A stretch of DNA of 62,180 bases, the filler included. It is 3 parts of 3 records of this genome, joined end to end, with 100 filler letters (N's around TTAATTAATTAA, not from the genome) between each part and the next. Parts side by side here need not be neighbours in the genome. Positions count along the whole stretch, not along the records: positions 1 to 28,819 come from DRR378314_1104; positions 28,920 to 55,707 come from DRR378314_1111; 1 more part is not named here. One strand, written 5' to 3'. Of the stretch, positions 26,449-39,614 are shown piece by piece. The notes under the pieces were generated by a model that had not been told where the DNA came from, searched no databases, and was given only the letters and a program-made list of their open reading frames with translations. A program made the translations under genes and the position numbers. Numbering within the stretch: the first letter of the stretch is position 1; each line of letters starts with the position of its first letter.

Positions 26449-27565
26449 AAGAGCCGCGTGCTGTGCGGCGCCCTGGCAACGCAAGCGCTCCGCTCGCAGA
26501 GATGGCGCGCCTGCAAGGACTGCGCACCGGAAAGAATCCGCGGCTTTGTGCGAAATACCTGGCACACCACCGCAGTGAGGTTGCCTGGAGTACTCGTGCA
26601 CTGTAAATGGCAATACGGCAGCGACGCACTGTCGAGCAGTGCCCCACACGGAACTGCGACGCGCACGCTTCTAGCAGGGCGGCGTGCGCGGGCTTGGTCG
26701 GAAGCGTCCACCACCGTGCAAGGTGCAGTCGCTCTCGGGCGCACGCCGACCAGACTGGGCGAGGAAGGCCTGGCAGGCTAGAATCTGGCGGGGGTTCTGA
26801 TGCACGAGTATGATTTGGGAGGTGGGGCAAAGGTGCCCCCCGAACGCCGAGCCGCAGCGCGCGGCGTCGTGCGTCGTTCGCAGTCGCACTCGGGACCCTG
26901 CTGTTTCGCTTGAAAACGGCTTCTCTGGCGCGGCTTCGCAAGAGTCGCTTCGCATACGATTCGTTCACTAGTTACTTTGATCAGCTACACCTTTCTTCAG
27001 GTACGACTGCATATCATTGTTGGTATGATCATTCGGTTGCGCGTGTTGGCGGCGCTGTACGGAGTTTCCGCACGGTCCTTTGCCCGTGAGCGGCTGCGTT
27101 TGTGTGTGTGTGTCAGTCGTGGGTGCACAGAGCGTGCCGTGCGCGTTGCTCTGGCAGCTGCTATTCGGGCCGGATGGCTCCTTGCGCGAGCTGCCTTCTG
27201 GGTGTACTCCGAAGCGCATGCAGTTCTGCTTCATTGGTACACGTTCGGTGCTTCGCCTGTCTCTTGTGGGTTTGGGCCGACTATCCACAAGGGCGCGTTT
27301 CTGATGCGAGTACGCCGGCGCTGCGCTGCTAGGCGAACCTCCTGCAGGCAGCGTACTCTCTGTGCGCAGTTTTGGAGCGCACGGCTTCTCGCTTGCTGGC
27401 AGCGCATGTTTGCACTGTTCCTCAAGCAAATCGCCAAGGCGCGCTGCTGTCTCTCTCATTATATGGTAAAGATATTTTTCTCCCCTTATGAGTCAGTCGT
27501 TGTCGTGCAATGCGGCTGGAATGGCCATTCTTGTGCGCCCATTGTTGTGGCTTTGCCCTCGCAGG

Positions 27566-28512
27566 ATGGCCGACTTCGCTGAACGCACGCAGCCGGACAG
27601 CTCGTCCCTCCTTGACGAGGCGCCAACTCTGTCGCGTCCCGAGCTCAAGGAGCCCATCAAAGTTGACTTTTCAAAAACGCATCCTCTCGAAAACCACTGG
27701 ACACTGTACTTTGACAACCCAGGAAAGAGCAAAGTGACGCAGAAAGATTGGATGGCGAATCTGCACGATTTGACCACGGTTACTACGGTCGAGGAATTCT
27801 GGTGGTATGCTGTGGCAGGCTCTTGCTCGCTGCTCACCGTGGGTTTGTTTCTGCTTACATTTGTATTGCACCCAAGCGTCTGCACCGGCAAGAACTCGCA
27901 TAGAACCTGAACAGTGGCTACTCGCTGGATTGTTCGCGCATGGGAGTCGGATGCATTCATAGTGCACTCGTGGATTCGCTCCGTAGCTTGTGAAGAGCGC
28001 GCAGCTATTGGCGGCACGCATACACAACCCACTCTTCTCGCTTTGTGTCGCTGCGGTGCTCACCCCCTGCTCCGTTCGCACGTTTATGCACACTGCTGTG
28101 TTGTCTTTCCTCTGCAGCCTATACAACAACCTTCGTCGTCCAAGCGAACTTCCAGTCGGAAGTAACTACCATCTGTTCAAAAAGGGTATTCAGGTACAGT
28201 TGTGTGTCATGCTGTGAACGCGGATATTAGCGGGTGCAGCCGCGTATTCTTCGAGCGCGCGTTTGTGGTTCGCTGGCCAACGCGACACGTCGCAGCTTCC
28301 GCCGTCCTTTGCCTCGACTTCGCTCCCTTGCTTCGGTACTCGGTTGCTTTTCGCCAGCTCATCTCGGAGACCTCCCCCGGCCCGCCCTTTCTGCAATCTG
28401 CGACGCATTGTAGCCAATGTGGGAAGATACCGAGAATAAGCAGGGTGGAAAATGGATTCTCACGTTTCCTCGCAAGAATAGTGCCCTTCTGGACGTCATG
28501 TGGCTGAAGGCG
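27566..28512 (+). CDS. eIF4E: Translation initiation factor eIF4E (class I-like), 3'-truncated by the contig end
   Basis: HPLENHWTLYFD...W...TVEEFWCLYNNL...SNYHLFKKGIQPMWED...GGKW...DVMWL across three exons. Confidence 0.95.
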
Positions 28513-28789
28513 GTGCGTTTCACTACGCGCAGACATGGGTATTTGCTGTGACTGTGCACTCCTACCCCTGACCCGCTATGCGTGAATCAGCTTTAAAAGC
28601 TGCACGAAATCTTCCGGCATGTTGAAACGCACATTGTTTTTTTTGTTATTTTTATCCATATCATCGGTGGTAGGATCATGCGGGCGTCCGTCGCGCTGCC
28701 GGGCGTTGCTAGTGGAGGCTGGCCAGGCATGCTGCCCGAGGACAAAGCCGCCTGGTGCGCGCACATGCCTGACCTTGCACGTGTTCTCT

Positions 28790-28819
28790 TCTTTGTCTTT
28801 GTCTTTGTCTTTGTCTTTG
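28790..28819 (+). repeat. (TCTTTG)n hexamer microsatellite at the end of contig 1
   Basis: About five copies run directly into the N gap. Confidence 0.9.
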
Positions 28820-28919
28820 NNNNNNNNNNNNNNNNNNNNNNNNNNNNNNNNNNNNNNNNNNNNTTAATTAATTAANNNNNNNNNNNNNNNNNNNNNNNNN
28901 NNNNNNNNNNNNNNNNNNN
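28820..28919. other. Artificial contig linker (N44-TTAATTAATTAA-N44)
   Basis: Stop-in-all-frames spacer flanked by N runs. An identical copy lies at 55708-55807. Confidence 0.98.
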
Positions 28920-30217
28920 ACAGCACTCGCAGACGGCGATGCGCATCGCAAGTACGTCTGTTTCATGATTAACAATAGGTTGCAGTCGTTGTTCTCCCAC
29001 CGACTGGTCGAGCGCCGGCGCTCTGGTGGAGAGTGAAGAAGAACCGTGCAAGTATGTGCTCACACCACTACAAGTGGACCGTCGCAGCATCTCACTTTGT
29101 GATGGTCGTCGCGGCGAAAAAAGTAATGCGTTTGCAATCAATACGCCATCGCACCGGAACGTGGTGTTATGGATTGATTTTGTGTACAGTCGAGAGTAGG
29201 TAGAGCAGCAGCCGATTCCCCGACTACGAGCAGCACCATCGTTTCACATAACATGTACACATTCAAAAATTTCATTTTATATCATAGCAGCAGCATTCCA
29301 TGGAGTGTAGTACGCCAATACAGTGGGCATCCAAGTTGCTATTCCATGTCTCTGCTTGAGCGCAGGCTACCGGCCAAGCTCTGCCGCAGCTTCGTTGCAC
29401 CAGAAGCAACACCTCCTGGCGCAAAGTTCGCTCGCCTCATCCTCTTATGCGTACATGATCAATTTCGTCAGTGTATTATCCAGCCATCAAACGTAGCAAT
29501 ACGAGAGATAAGGGGCTGCATTTGTATCCCGCGACGATTGGCGGCTCGCCGCGCAACGTGCTAGGAGCAGCAACCGCTAGTACACTCTCAATGGCTGCTA
29601 TCCCTCGTCTCTCACTACGCTTGCAGAACGGTTCACTTCCAAAACATGACAGTCATACATCTGTAGATTCACCGTTAGAACTGGTGTGCTCGTGAGGACA
29701 AGGCGGTGCTGGGTTGCGATAGAGGAAGCGGGCAGCGCGCACGGCGGCAGAGTTGCGCACGCGCGGAACAGAGCGCCAGCGCGCAGAGGAGGGACGAGGA
29801 CGAATCTTGGGCATTACAGAAGACCATTTTCTATCAATAGGGGTAGGAACCAGGCTGTATATAGAGCGCTCTCTATTCAGAAAGACAATGAAAGAGTGAC
29901 ATGAGGATTAGCTACACCTATAAGCTAACCTGTATATGTGAAGCCAAATTCGAGCACTCTTCATTCTTGCCACTCCCCTGGGATGACACCTATCTCCCGG
30001 GCAGGACCAGTGCGCGCGCTATCGGCTGCGGCGGCCGTTTCCGGCGTGCTTTCGCCTGGCATCGCAGTAGCGCACGCGCATTTGCGCACGGGGCAGGTGT
30101 AGGAGCATCTCCCCTCCCCATCAAACCAATTCCAGCAACAACTCCAAGTAAACAGGCGTTGGTGTGTAAAATTATTGCTTCACGCTCCTCCCCGCGGTTG
30201 TCGGGCCGCTTCTTTGC

Positions 30218-32434
30218 ATGGACCTCGGCGCTGCCTTGGAGGCGCTGCGGCGCTGCAGTGCGGCGGAGCGCGTAGACGTTGACCTGGGTGGCCAAACGGT
30301 CACTGACGCTGATCTTGCGCAAGTCGCGCGCGAGATGGTGGCGTGCAGCGGTGTCATTCGTATTCACATACCATCTGATAAAGTAACTGATGCGTCAGTT
30401 CATGAAATTGTTTGCGCATTGCGCCAGGGCGCGCGCGTGGAGCGCCTTCACATTTGCTTCCCGCGCGTCACTGCGGCAGCGGCAACTTGCATCTTCGAGG
30501 CAGCTGCGTCGCATAGCAGCTTGCAAGAACTTCGGTTCAGCTACACACACCTCTGCGATGAAGGTGCCCGTGCTGCAGCCAAGCTTCTTCAGAGTAATAT
30601 GAATATTCGAGAACTGTGGCTTGATCATGCTTCGATAGGCGATGATGGTGCTGAGACGATCAGCGCTGCGCTCGCCAGCGCACGCAGTTTGCAAGTGCTG
30701 CGACTTGGCGGGAACGACATTGCTGACAGAGGCGCAAACGCCTTGGCAGCTGCTCTGCCGCACTGCACGGCACTGCGCATCCTCCACCTGTCCGGCAACC
30801 CGCTCCGTGATTCCGGTGTATGTGCAATTGGTGAGGCTTTGGCGAAAAACTCGTCTCTGGACTCGCTTGCGATCGCCGACAACCTTGCGGCGTCCGCTGG
30901 CATTCGCTCCCTGTGTCTCGCGCTGGAGGCGCGCGAAACGCCGTGCTATGTGCAGATTGGGGGGATGGATATTGATGAGCCAATGCATCAAGACATACTC
31001 TCTTGGATATGTACCAATTTCGCAATTCAGAAAGTTCTCCAAGGTTCCCACGTCGTGGATCTCGGAAGCTCGCAGTGGGGAGCGCCGCATATACGCAAGC
31101 TGGTACGCTTCTTTTCTACCGACGTTGCCGCTCGCATTACAAAACTTCGTCTTGCACGCGTTCCTGCGGAAACATCCGCACGCAGATCTCTCCTTGACTT
31201 CTTATTCCATTGTCCTTCGCTGGAAGAAGTTGATATTTCACTTTGGCAGGAATCAGAAAAGGATTGGAAACGAGGCATCGTAGCGCTTCTCGCGTGCAAC
31301 TCGAAAGACGTTGCGAGACTCAACGCACTTGGCGTGACCCTTCCTCCTCCGGTCCTCGGGCCGCCTTTCGACGTGTCCGCTGCAAAATGCATCGTGATTT
31401 TATCTGTATTTTCACATATATACGATGATAAGAAAGTATGTACCGAAAAGAAAATCTACTCGCTTCAGCGTGGTATCCTCGCCTGCGGCCCGTCGGCTGC
31501 ACTCGCGGCGGTGTCGGTACTTGCGCGTGACGGAGCTGTCGACCATGTCACTCTGGTCCACACAGCGCTGCGAGCGGGTCACTTTGCAACGTCGAAAGAA
31601 CCCATGCTTCCTATGCACTCATCTGTGGATGACGGAGATACGTTGAATTCTCTACTTTCACATTCTACAATTATCACACAAAGACGGGCATGGTGGTCTC
31701 CGTGGAAGACACCAGTACGCATTCGTAGCCTCTCGTGGGACAAGGTGCTTCAACTGCCACGTGACGCGCAGTCGTACATTGGTGACGATGCTATCGGGAT
31801 TGCTCTTTGCGACTGGCAAACATGGTCACGTACCGAATTGCCGGCGTTGCGAGACAGAGTCATAGAATGTATCGAAGATATGCACTGTCGTCTTCCTGCC
31901 TTGCAGTTTGTTGTGGTGGTGTTCGCCGCAACTGAAAGCAAGGCTGCTTGCAACTACGCACCCAACTTGCCTCCCATGGACGATAATGGCGCCGCTCTCC
32001 AGGATACAGCATTGCACACGGAAAATTCTTGTGCAAGCGCCAACTTATCCCAAGGGAACGACGTGTCGACTGATGAAAGTCGCGTGCACTGCTCTTCGCT
32101 GCACGAGTCTTTGAGTTGCCAAGTTGCGCAAGCGCGACGCAACGCCAGCGAGCTGCGCGCTGCACTCAATGGAGCTCCAGGATTGCAAGGTGTCACGTGC
32201 ACTGTTGCAGAGTTCCCGTACGCTGATGGAGCTGCATTTCGCGAAAAGATCTACGAAGCGATCACCGGCCACACTAGCGCGATGGCGGGAGTCACATCAC
32301 ATGCACCTCGACTCTGGTGGGACGCCTTGGATCGAGCTGACCAAGGAATGGTGGAGTCGGAAATAGAGACTCTGCGAAGCGCGTCAGCGGGTACAGTGCC
32401 TCGGGTCTGGCTCCAGCTCATGGGAGCAGTCTGA
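30218..32434 (+). CDS. Ribonuclease-inhibitor-type LRR protein with a C-terminal region resembling a degenerate Roc domain and the start of COR
   Basis: 738-aa ORF with 28-aa LRRs (LQVLRLGGNDIADRGANALAAAL, LRILHLSGNPLRDSGVCAIGEAL). C-terminal AFREKIYEAI...MAG...APRLWWDAL resembles the Roc-COR junction. Confidence 0.8.
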   Translation: MDLGAALEALRRCSAAERVDVDLGGQTVTDADLAQVAREMVACSGVIRIHIPSDKVTDASVHEIVCALRQGARVERLHICFPRVTAAAATCIFEAAASHSSLQELRFSYTHLCDEGARAAAKLLQSNMNIRELWLDHASIGDDGAETISAALASARSLQVLRLGGNDIADRGANALAAALPHCTALRILHLSGNPLRDSGVCAIGEALAKNSSLDSLAIADNLAASAGIRSLCLALEARETPCYVQIGGMDIDEPMHQDILSWICTNFAIQKVLQGSHVVDLGSSQWGAPHIRKLVRFFSTDVAARITKLRLARVPAETSARRSLLDFLFHCPSLEEVDISLWQESEKDWKRGIVALLACNSKDVARLNALGVTLPPPVLGPPFDVSAAKCIVILSVFSHIYDDKKVCTEKKIYSLQRGILACGPSAALAAVSVLARDGAVDHVTLVHTALRAGHFATSKEPMLPMHSSVDDGDTLNSLLSHSTIITQRRAWWSPWKTPVRIRSLSWDKVLQLPRDAQSYIGDDAIGIALCDWQTWSRTELPALRDRVIECIEDMHCRLPALQFVVVVFAATESKAACNYAPNLPPMDDNGAALQDTALHTENSCASANLSQGNDVSTDESRVHCSSLHESLSCQVAQARRNASELRAALNGAPGLQGVTCTVAEFPYADGAAFREKIYEAITGHTSAMAGVTSHAPRLWWDALDRADQGMVESEIETLRSASAGTVPRVWLQLMGAV

Positions 32435-33774
32435 GCTCTGCGCGCGGCTTCCAGCTTGTTTCTCGCGTTCCGTTGCTGCTGGAATGACTACGATAGAGCT
32501 CGCATTTGGTTGCAGAGTGTTATTTGGGAACGTTGATTGGCTGGGTGAGAATTTCGCTGTTGTGGAGAGGCGCCGACTGGATCCTACTGGCAGAGTGCTG
32601 TGGTTTCGGTTGTCCGGACCGCGTCTATAGAGCACTCGGCAGCACAAACGGACTGGCAACAGCACGAAGATACGGCCACCGTATCGCCGAGGGAGATGCT
32701 GCTCGTTTACTTGCAATCGGCCTTCTACGGCTTACAAACTGTTCCTTTTGGCAAGACATGCCTGCCTGCAAATACGTTCCCTTCTTCGCGGCTCGCCAAG
32801 GTTTCGCAGGTCGCCACGTACTTGAATAGGGTCAGAGTTGATATTTCACGAAATCGCCCAATAATGGAAAGGGAACTGTGTTGTTGATATTTTAGGTGAA
32901 TTTTCAAGACAATGCTTGCTGTGCGGCAAGAGGTATTGTTTGCATCTCTGACTGTCGCAAACGAGCTCCATAGATCGATGGCCTTCCCATACAGTCAGAT
33001 ACGGTGTGCTGCTGTGCTATTGTGTGTCTGCTGATTGGTGTGGTCTTGGGGCCCTGGCTTCCAGAGAAACACACGCCTGGAGGGGGCCAGCGAAGGTGCA
33101 AATGGGCCGCGTGCTACTCAGCCTGTCGCACCGGCCGTTGCTGCGTCGCCCTTGCCTCGGAGCAAGGAGGTCCGCACCTCGGCGCCTTATTTTTGCCCAT
33201 GAAAAGGCCCAAAATTGTACCATGATATTTTTGATGAAGTCAGAAATCGTTCGCGTAAGCTGGTCATTCAGATATAGGGCCATGTGTGGCACCCGAGAGT
33301 AGCCCGCGCACGACAGCTGCGCGAGCCGCAATCAGCGAAACTGCTGATGCTGGCTCGCCACACGCGAACATGGTCACATCCCCAAATGACGCTGAGACGC
33401 CCGCTCCAAATCATGTTCCGCGCCAACGCCGCGTACAAACGAATAAAATTTGTATTTACTCCGGAAAGATATCAAATTTGGGGTCATGATCAAGCAACTT
33501 GGCCTGCAAGGGCCAACAATCGGGACAGACATCGGCCGCGTCACATCCCAGTAGCGCGAGCAAACCTTGACACGAGCGTTACACCGAAGCAGCCGCGGCG
33601 CTCGCCTGATGCAGCGCCTGTGGTCATCACTTCACTGAATAGCGCGCCCCATGCCCTTGCACACACGCGCATCCGCCTCCATGTCACAAGAAAATGTCGC
33701 ATTTATCTTTGAGCCGGATACAGAGCTTGTTATCGCACTACGTGTCACGAAATGCCAACCAACACACCCCTTCG

Positions 33775-36700
33775 ATGCTCACGACGCACCCACTGCGGAG
33801 GTTGCTTGAAGGACCGCTCCTCGCGGACGAGACCAACAGCAAAAGCGCCAACCCTACCCCCTCGGTCAATGTGCTAGGATTTGACCAAATCCTGGAGAAA
33901 CAAAGTGTTCTAAAACTTTCTTCCCCACCCAAGTTGCTTCCCAAATCGGCACCCACCGCCGCCAATCGCGCACGCCAGAGCAAAGTTTTTTCAGGTGCGA
34001 ACCTGCCTCCACCGCGCACCGTCTACCTCGTGGTGTGCAGCGCCCGAGCAAGCGGTAAAGCAGGCGCGAAACACCTCTGCAACTACGTCGCGACGGCAGC
34101 GTGCCTGTATGCGATTCGAAAGCGCCCTGATTTTTGCACTCGACGACGTGTGCGCTCGTTTGGCGGGAAGCCGTACCGCGCGCGAACCTTGAGGTTTAAA
34201 TTTTTCGTTGGCGCGCATCGCTCGGTGCTTTCGCGCAGGTGGAGCAAGGTTCCTCGCACTGCGACCGCGCAGCGCCCCACCCACCGCGCGCCAGCCAGCT
34301 ATGCAGAGCCGCCACTCGTCCGGCAGAAGGGGCCGACAGCGCGCTGTACGTTCGGATTCTCCATTCCATGGACGAGGCCTGACCCTGTTACAAGCAAGAG
34401 AAATTTACCATTCTTTCTGCGTTTCATTGCTAGTTTTTCGCTTTCCGGGTACTTGCAAAGGCTGGTTATTGCGGGAGTCTGGCACGCCTTGGCGGCAGTG
34501 GGGACGCACTTGGTTGCTGCCTGCAAGCGCTGCGGTTCGCGCGGCGTGGCGCAAAGGCACCTGGCGCTTCGACACTCACCGTCTCTCTCACACGTTGCCT
34601 CCTTTCTCGACGCCTTCATCCCGCAGAGTGCTATGCCAACATCAGAGAATAGTATTAGAACAAGAAAAAATAACCAGAGATCCCGAAATGAGCCATTGCA
34701 AGACCGAACGAATACCGTCGGCAAGCAAGCAGGCCCCTCGGACGAGGTAAGCACCTACTGCCGTGTGCTGCTGCGCGCCAAAATATTCTGCGGTGGCGCC
34801 CCGCCAGCCAGCCAGTGGCTCATCTGCGAAGGGCGGTCTACCGTGCACGCTACGCACTGCCCCCTTGTATATATTGATGCGATATTGCGTATAGGTATCA
34901 AAAATTGAAAATTGTTCGCTTGTATGCCAATCGCGAGACCGCCACGTCCCGCTGCTGCCTTACGACTAGCCGAGCCAGCCGGTCGCGCCGCATCTGATAG
35001 GGTGGGCATGTGTTCGGACCCCCTAGCGCTCGGAGGGGCCTGCCGCGCCCCACCCTGTGCAGCCTCGTTTGCTCGCGCAAAACGCTTCCCGCGAAGCGCA
35101 CGGCCCGCCATGTCCGCGCAGCCAGCTGCCGTGGGTGCCACGGCAAATTCGCTGCCCCATGAACTTTCTCATGTAAACAGACATTGCAATCAAATTGTAT
35201 GTTTCGAATGGGAAGGCCGGGGCTGTAGCTTTGGTGCTGTGTGGGCACGGATTGGCGCGGCGCTCTCTTCACTGGGGCGCTGCACCTTTTGCGCTTGCTG
35301 CTGCGTCACAACGTCCCGGCAGTTGAGACCGTGGTGACTCCACACCTCCACAAAAATGTGCCCACAGAGCATACGCTCGCACATAAGTGCACCCAGATGG
35401 GTCGTGCAAGGAAATTTTTGTTGTACACATGTGGCGAAGAGTTACATCAAAAGGGATTGGGGGAGCGGGCGTGGTGCTGCGCGTGAGCGCGGTCGCGGGG
35501 GCCAGCTGCTGCCGCTCGCCGTCCGGTCGAGCGCTGGGCGACGCCGTCGCGGTCCGCCCACGCCGAGAGCTCGCCAGCCAGGCCGGCGCCTGACCCGGAA
35601 AGCCCTCACGAAGATGCTCTTTTTTCCTCTTCCCGGCTCTAATCCATGCGTTTGGTACTGTGGTGCATGTATGATTCTTGATGCGGTGCAGAGGGACGAG
35701 CAGCCATCCAAGGTCCAGCGGGTATCGTATGATTCCAGCTCCGCGGCGTGCAGTTCGCGCGGCGGAAGCGCAAGGGCAGCGGCCCGCAACGGCGACAGCG
35801 GTTTTCCCCGTACTGAAGAGGTGGTAGATCGCAGACTTCCGCCCCAGGCAGGACTTCCCGCTCCATCGCCGGCCGAGGGGGATCATGACTCGATCATGGT
35901 TGACGAGACGGGGAATCAGATCGGCAACGGCGAAAACGCCGAGAACGCCAGCGCAGAGGTCGCCGCAGCGTGCGACAGCACACGCAACGATCTCGATATG
36001 CGCGCGCTCGAAAGCAACGAGGTGCTGCCACCAGAGGACGCAGACGCCGAAGCAATCCCAACCGAGCTTGCTCCGCCCGCACCGGCGCCGCGCCCCGCGC
36101 CCATCGTAGATGCGGAAGATGAGCCCCGCGAGCTTCCGTACACGGCAGGGCTACTCGCGCTTGGTCAAGACATCCGGCCTGCGGCGCAGCACGTACAGGT
36201 ATGTGCCGGGATGAGACGCACGCGACGGTGTTGCACTGCGCACGTGTCGATCTTCAACAATCGTAGCCTTCCCCATCGTCGACAAAGAGTGTTAAATGTT
36301 GAAGAGGCGCCTCAACAACCTGCTGTGATTCAAAAAAGAAGGTTCCCCCGTCTTGGATACACACGAGCACAATCGCGGCGAAGTTTTATAGGCTCCGTTG
36401 GCGCTCGATGGCCGTGCTCGTGCTGAAGTACTCTCGCAAGCTCGCAGCGCTGTTCCTCACTGATCTCACTCCTTTCCACTGTGCACATTTGTCATAGAAA
36501 CACAAAGATCATTGTCACCACGTGGTGTGCAGATCTGTTCGCGTACTCACGGTTTGTCGATTCTCAGCTATCCTCGGTACACCCATTCTTCCTGTCCTGG
36601 CACGCGTGAACGTTTCTCCTGACCGTAATCCACGCGAGCTCGACGCTAACGATCGACACGCTGTGCAATATTGCCAATATGCTCGTGACATGCGATGCAG

Positions 36701-39091
36701 ACGAACCACAGCTCCGTTCTCCGGCAGAGAGAGCGCGTCGAGGTCCCGCACTTCTTCTCTAATTTCTCAGCCGGACACATCCGCGGGCGAATGCGCCGCG
36801 AAAGCTTTCCTACCCAACCAGAGTACGTTGTATCCCGTGCGCTTGACAAAAAAAATTGTATGTATGCGAGAAGCCACCGCGCGCATGTGCGTGGAGTTGA
36901 CAAAAAAAGAGCAGAATATGGAGAACATACGCCCATGTCGTGCCCTTGGAGTAGAAGTGGAGAGACGAGACGCCCTGAGGAGGCAACACAGGAGCATGTC
37001 GGCGAGAATGTGAGGGTGTACGTGCGCACAGAGCTCCGCGCGTATAATGCGCACATTGCATACTCTCCCATCGTATGTAGCTTTTCGGTCGAGTGTATTC
37101 GCTTTCTTTTTTCTGACTTCCTTCGCTCGGGTTTTCCGCTGCGGTTGTGCAGTGCGCCTGTGCGATGGCACGGCGAGCCCGGAATGGTAGGCGAGTACTA
37201 TGATGACATCGTGTCGCACTTTTTCAACGTGGAGCGCAATTTTCTTCCAAGCAACGCTTATATGGAGACTATACAGAGAGATATCCGGCCTGCGATGCGC
37301 GTGATTTTAGTCGAGTGGCTGATCGAAGTGATTGAAGAATTCAGATTGTCGAGTTCTACTCTCCACGTCACCGTTACGATTCTCGATCGACTACTCTCAA
37401 CGCTTGCTGTTGATCGTAACTCCCTGCAGCTCGCCGGTGTAACGGTGCGTCGTTCCACTGCAAGTAGGGGTATTGGTTTGATTTTTTGCGGGAATGGGTC
37501 AGAGTGAATTCGCAGAGGAAACAGATGTGGATCGTGGGAGGTCTCGCAGCGGGATTCGCGCTCCGGCGGAGGATCTGGGCGCGCGCCATGGCGATATCGT
37601 GTCGTTCTCTCTGACACACTCACGGAGGTGTTGTACGGCATCGCTCTCTGAACATGCCCCCTCAATGTTACCGCGGAAGCGTCGAACTTTTGTGTGCGTG
37701 TTTGCCTTGCTTACCTCGTATCGTTGTTGTCGTTGTGCGTTGTTCTGGTCAAAAGTGCGCTTTGGTCGCAGCCAAGGTAGTCGAAATGGCGTCCCCGACA
37801 ACGTCGGAATGCGCCTATTTCACCGATTACGCGTACACGTACGTTGTGCTTCGCAAACCCCGTTTTGTTGACGCACTTGCCATAGGCGAGCGATGGCAGA
37901 CGCGCTGGTTGCCGTTCCTGTTAGCTGCAGAAAAGGCTCCGTGTCGTATTCCCCTTTGATCCGTCGCCTGGCGTGGCGCTTGTAAACGCTCAAATGTCGC
38001 CTGGGAAACAGAAGCCCTTGATACACGCTCACCGCTGTGCGTTCCGAAATTTAATTTCGCTCCGCGAACGAATTGTGTGTTTGCGCAAACGGTTCGCAAT
38101 GTCGGATCGTGCAGCGCGTCACAGGTTCGCCAGTGCGAGCTCGTTGTTCTGCGGACGCTCGAGTACAAACTGCTCAGCCCAACGATGGCGGACTTTTTGT
38201 GCATCTTCCACAAGGAGCTGATGACATTCCGATGTGTACCACACAGTCTGACGTGCTACTTGTCAGAGTATATGCTCCTATCGTACGACTTTGTGGGTAT
38301 TCGGCCATCGCTCGCCGCTGCTGCTGCAACGGCTGTAGCTCTCGACACATGTCACCAAGATCCGTGGGTACGTTGCGCCCACGAATGATGCAGCGCCGCA
38401 CCTCCGCGAACAGAATGACATTGCGTACGAGGGATGAAGCGGAAACAACTGATCTTTCTTGACTGCAATCCCGTTCCCCGTGTGCACCAATGAGCAACCG
38501 CGTCTTTGTCTTTCGCTCAGCGGTTAAGGGGCCCGCGATCGTACTCGCTCTGCCGCTCGCGCGATGCGCCAAAGTGGCGACGCGAAGCCACTGACATTTG
38601 CTGCTGTTGATTTCGATACTTTCGTGCGACGATCCAGCCTGAACGACTGCGAGAACTCGTTCCTTGCACACCCGATGAATTGCGCGCTACAGCATCTGCA
38701 GCTCATCAGGTGTATCTACGGGCGAAAGAGTCTCCGTGCAGTATCGTGGAGGAACGATACGCATCGAGGAAGTATCACGGCGTGTCAAATCGCGTGCGAC
38801 CGCGCGCGAACCCGCCGCAGTTCGCGTCTGTGTAGCTCGGATGCGCGTGTCGGCACGCGCTTCGTGCGCGCCCAGCGAATCTCCCGCAGTTGCGATCTCC
38901 ATGTCTCTGCGGTTTTGTATTTTATCTTGCCAAAGGGGTCCTTTCCGTTTCTCGTAGTACGTTTGGTTGTTGGTTTGCTTGTTTCTGTCCTTTGCGTGTC
39001 CGAGCATCCACAAAACTTTTCGCCTGACGTTCGCATCGCAGCTGTTGTGAAGATCTGGGCGAGCGATCTGATACTGCAGCGCCGTCTTTGA
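33775..39091 (+). CDS. Cyclin, A/B-type, multi-exon; core at ~37150-38367, both termini uncertain
   Basis: Cyclin box YMETIQRDIRPAMRVILVEWLIEVIEEFRL...LDRLLS...LQLAGVT|CALVAAK...YFTDYAYT...ELVVLRTLEYKL.SPT...YLSEYML...PSLAAAA. Low-complexity N-terminal exons. Confidence 0.88.
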
Positions 39092-39614
39092 CTTGGCGGT
39101 TGCTGCGCTGTCGCGTCGCTAGCGCGAGAGCGCCACTGCTTTCGCGTCACGTTGTTTCCCTTCCCCTCGTTGCCGTGTACTTGAGTAAATGTTCGGTGAT
39201 TGAGTCTTTCCACGACACCCTACTTGGCGTGCAAGCAGCTTCCGATCGCTGCGCTCGCGCGCGTGGCGCGTCGCGAAAATAGAGTCGCCGGCTTTCGCAC
39301 CACAAAAACCATTGTTGTATCACATAGATCAGCTTCGGAAAAAAAGCAATAACGCACCAGTGGCTTCATCTGGTGCAGCGAACCGAAACGAGCACGTCTA
39401 CGCGAGCTGCCCCGGCGCAGCCTGAGGGAGGAACGAGATTCGCTTGCGGTACCTCTACCAAACCAGAGCATTCGCCCTCGCATCAAAAGAGAGTCCCATT
39501 TCCAACATACGGGTGTACTTCTGATATATCAAGATTTCAATCTCTATAGATGCAGTAGAGCTGTTAACGGCGGTGAGACTGTCGCCCCGGTATCGCCGAA
39601 GAAGCTGCTGAGGA

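Noticed and set aside
28864-28875. TTAATTAATTAA as a biological motif or transposon target
   Set aside because: Identical spacer between N runs at both joins; artificial.
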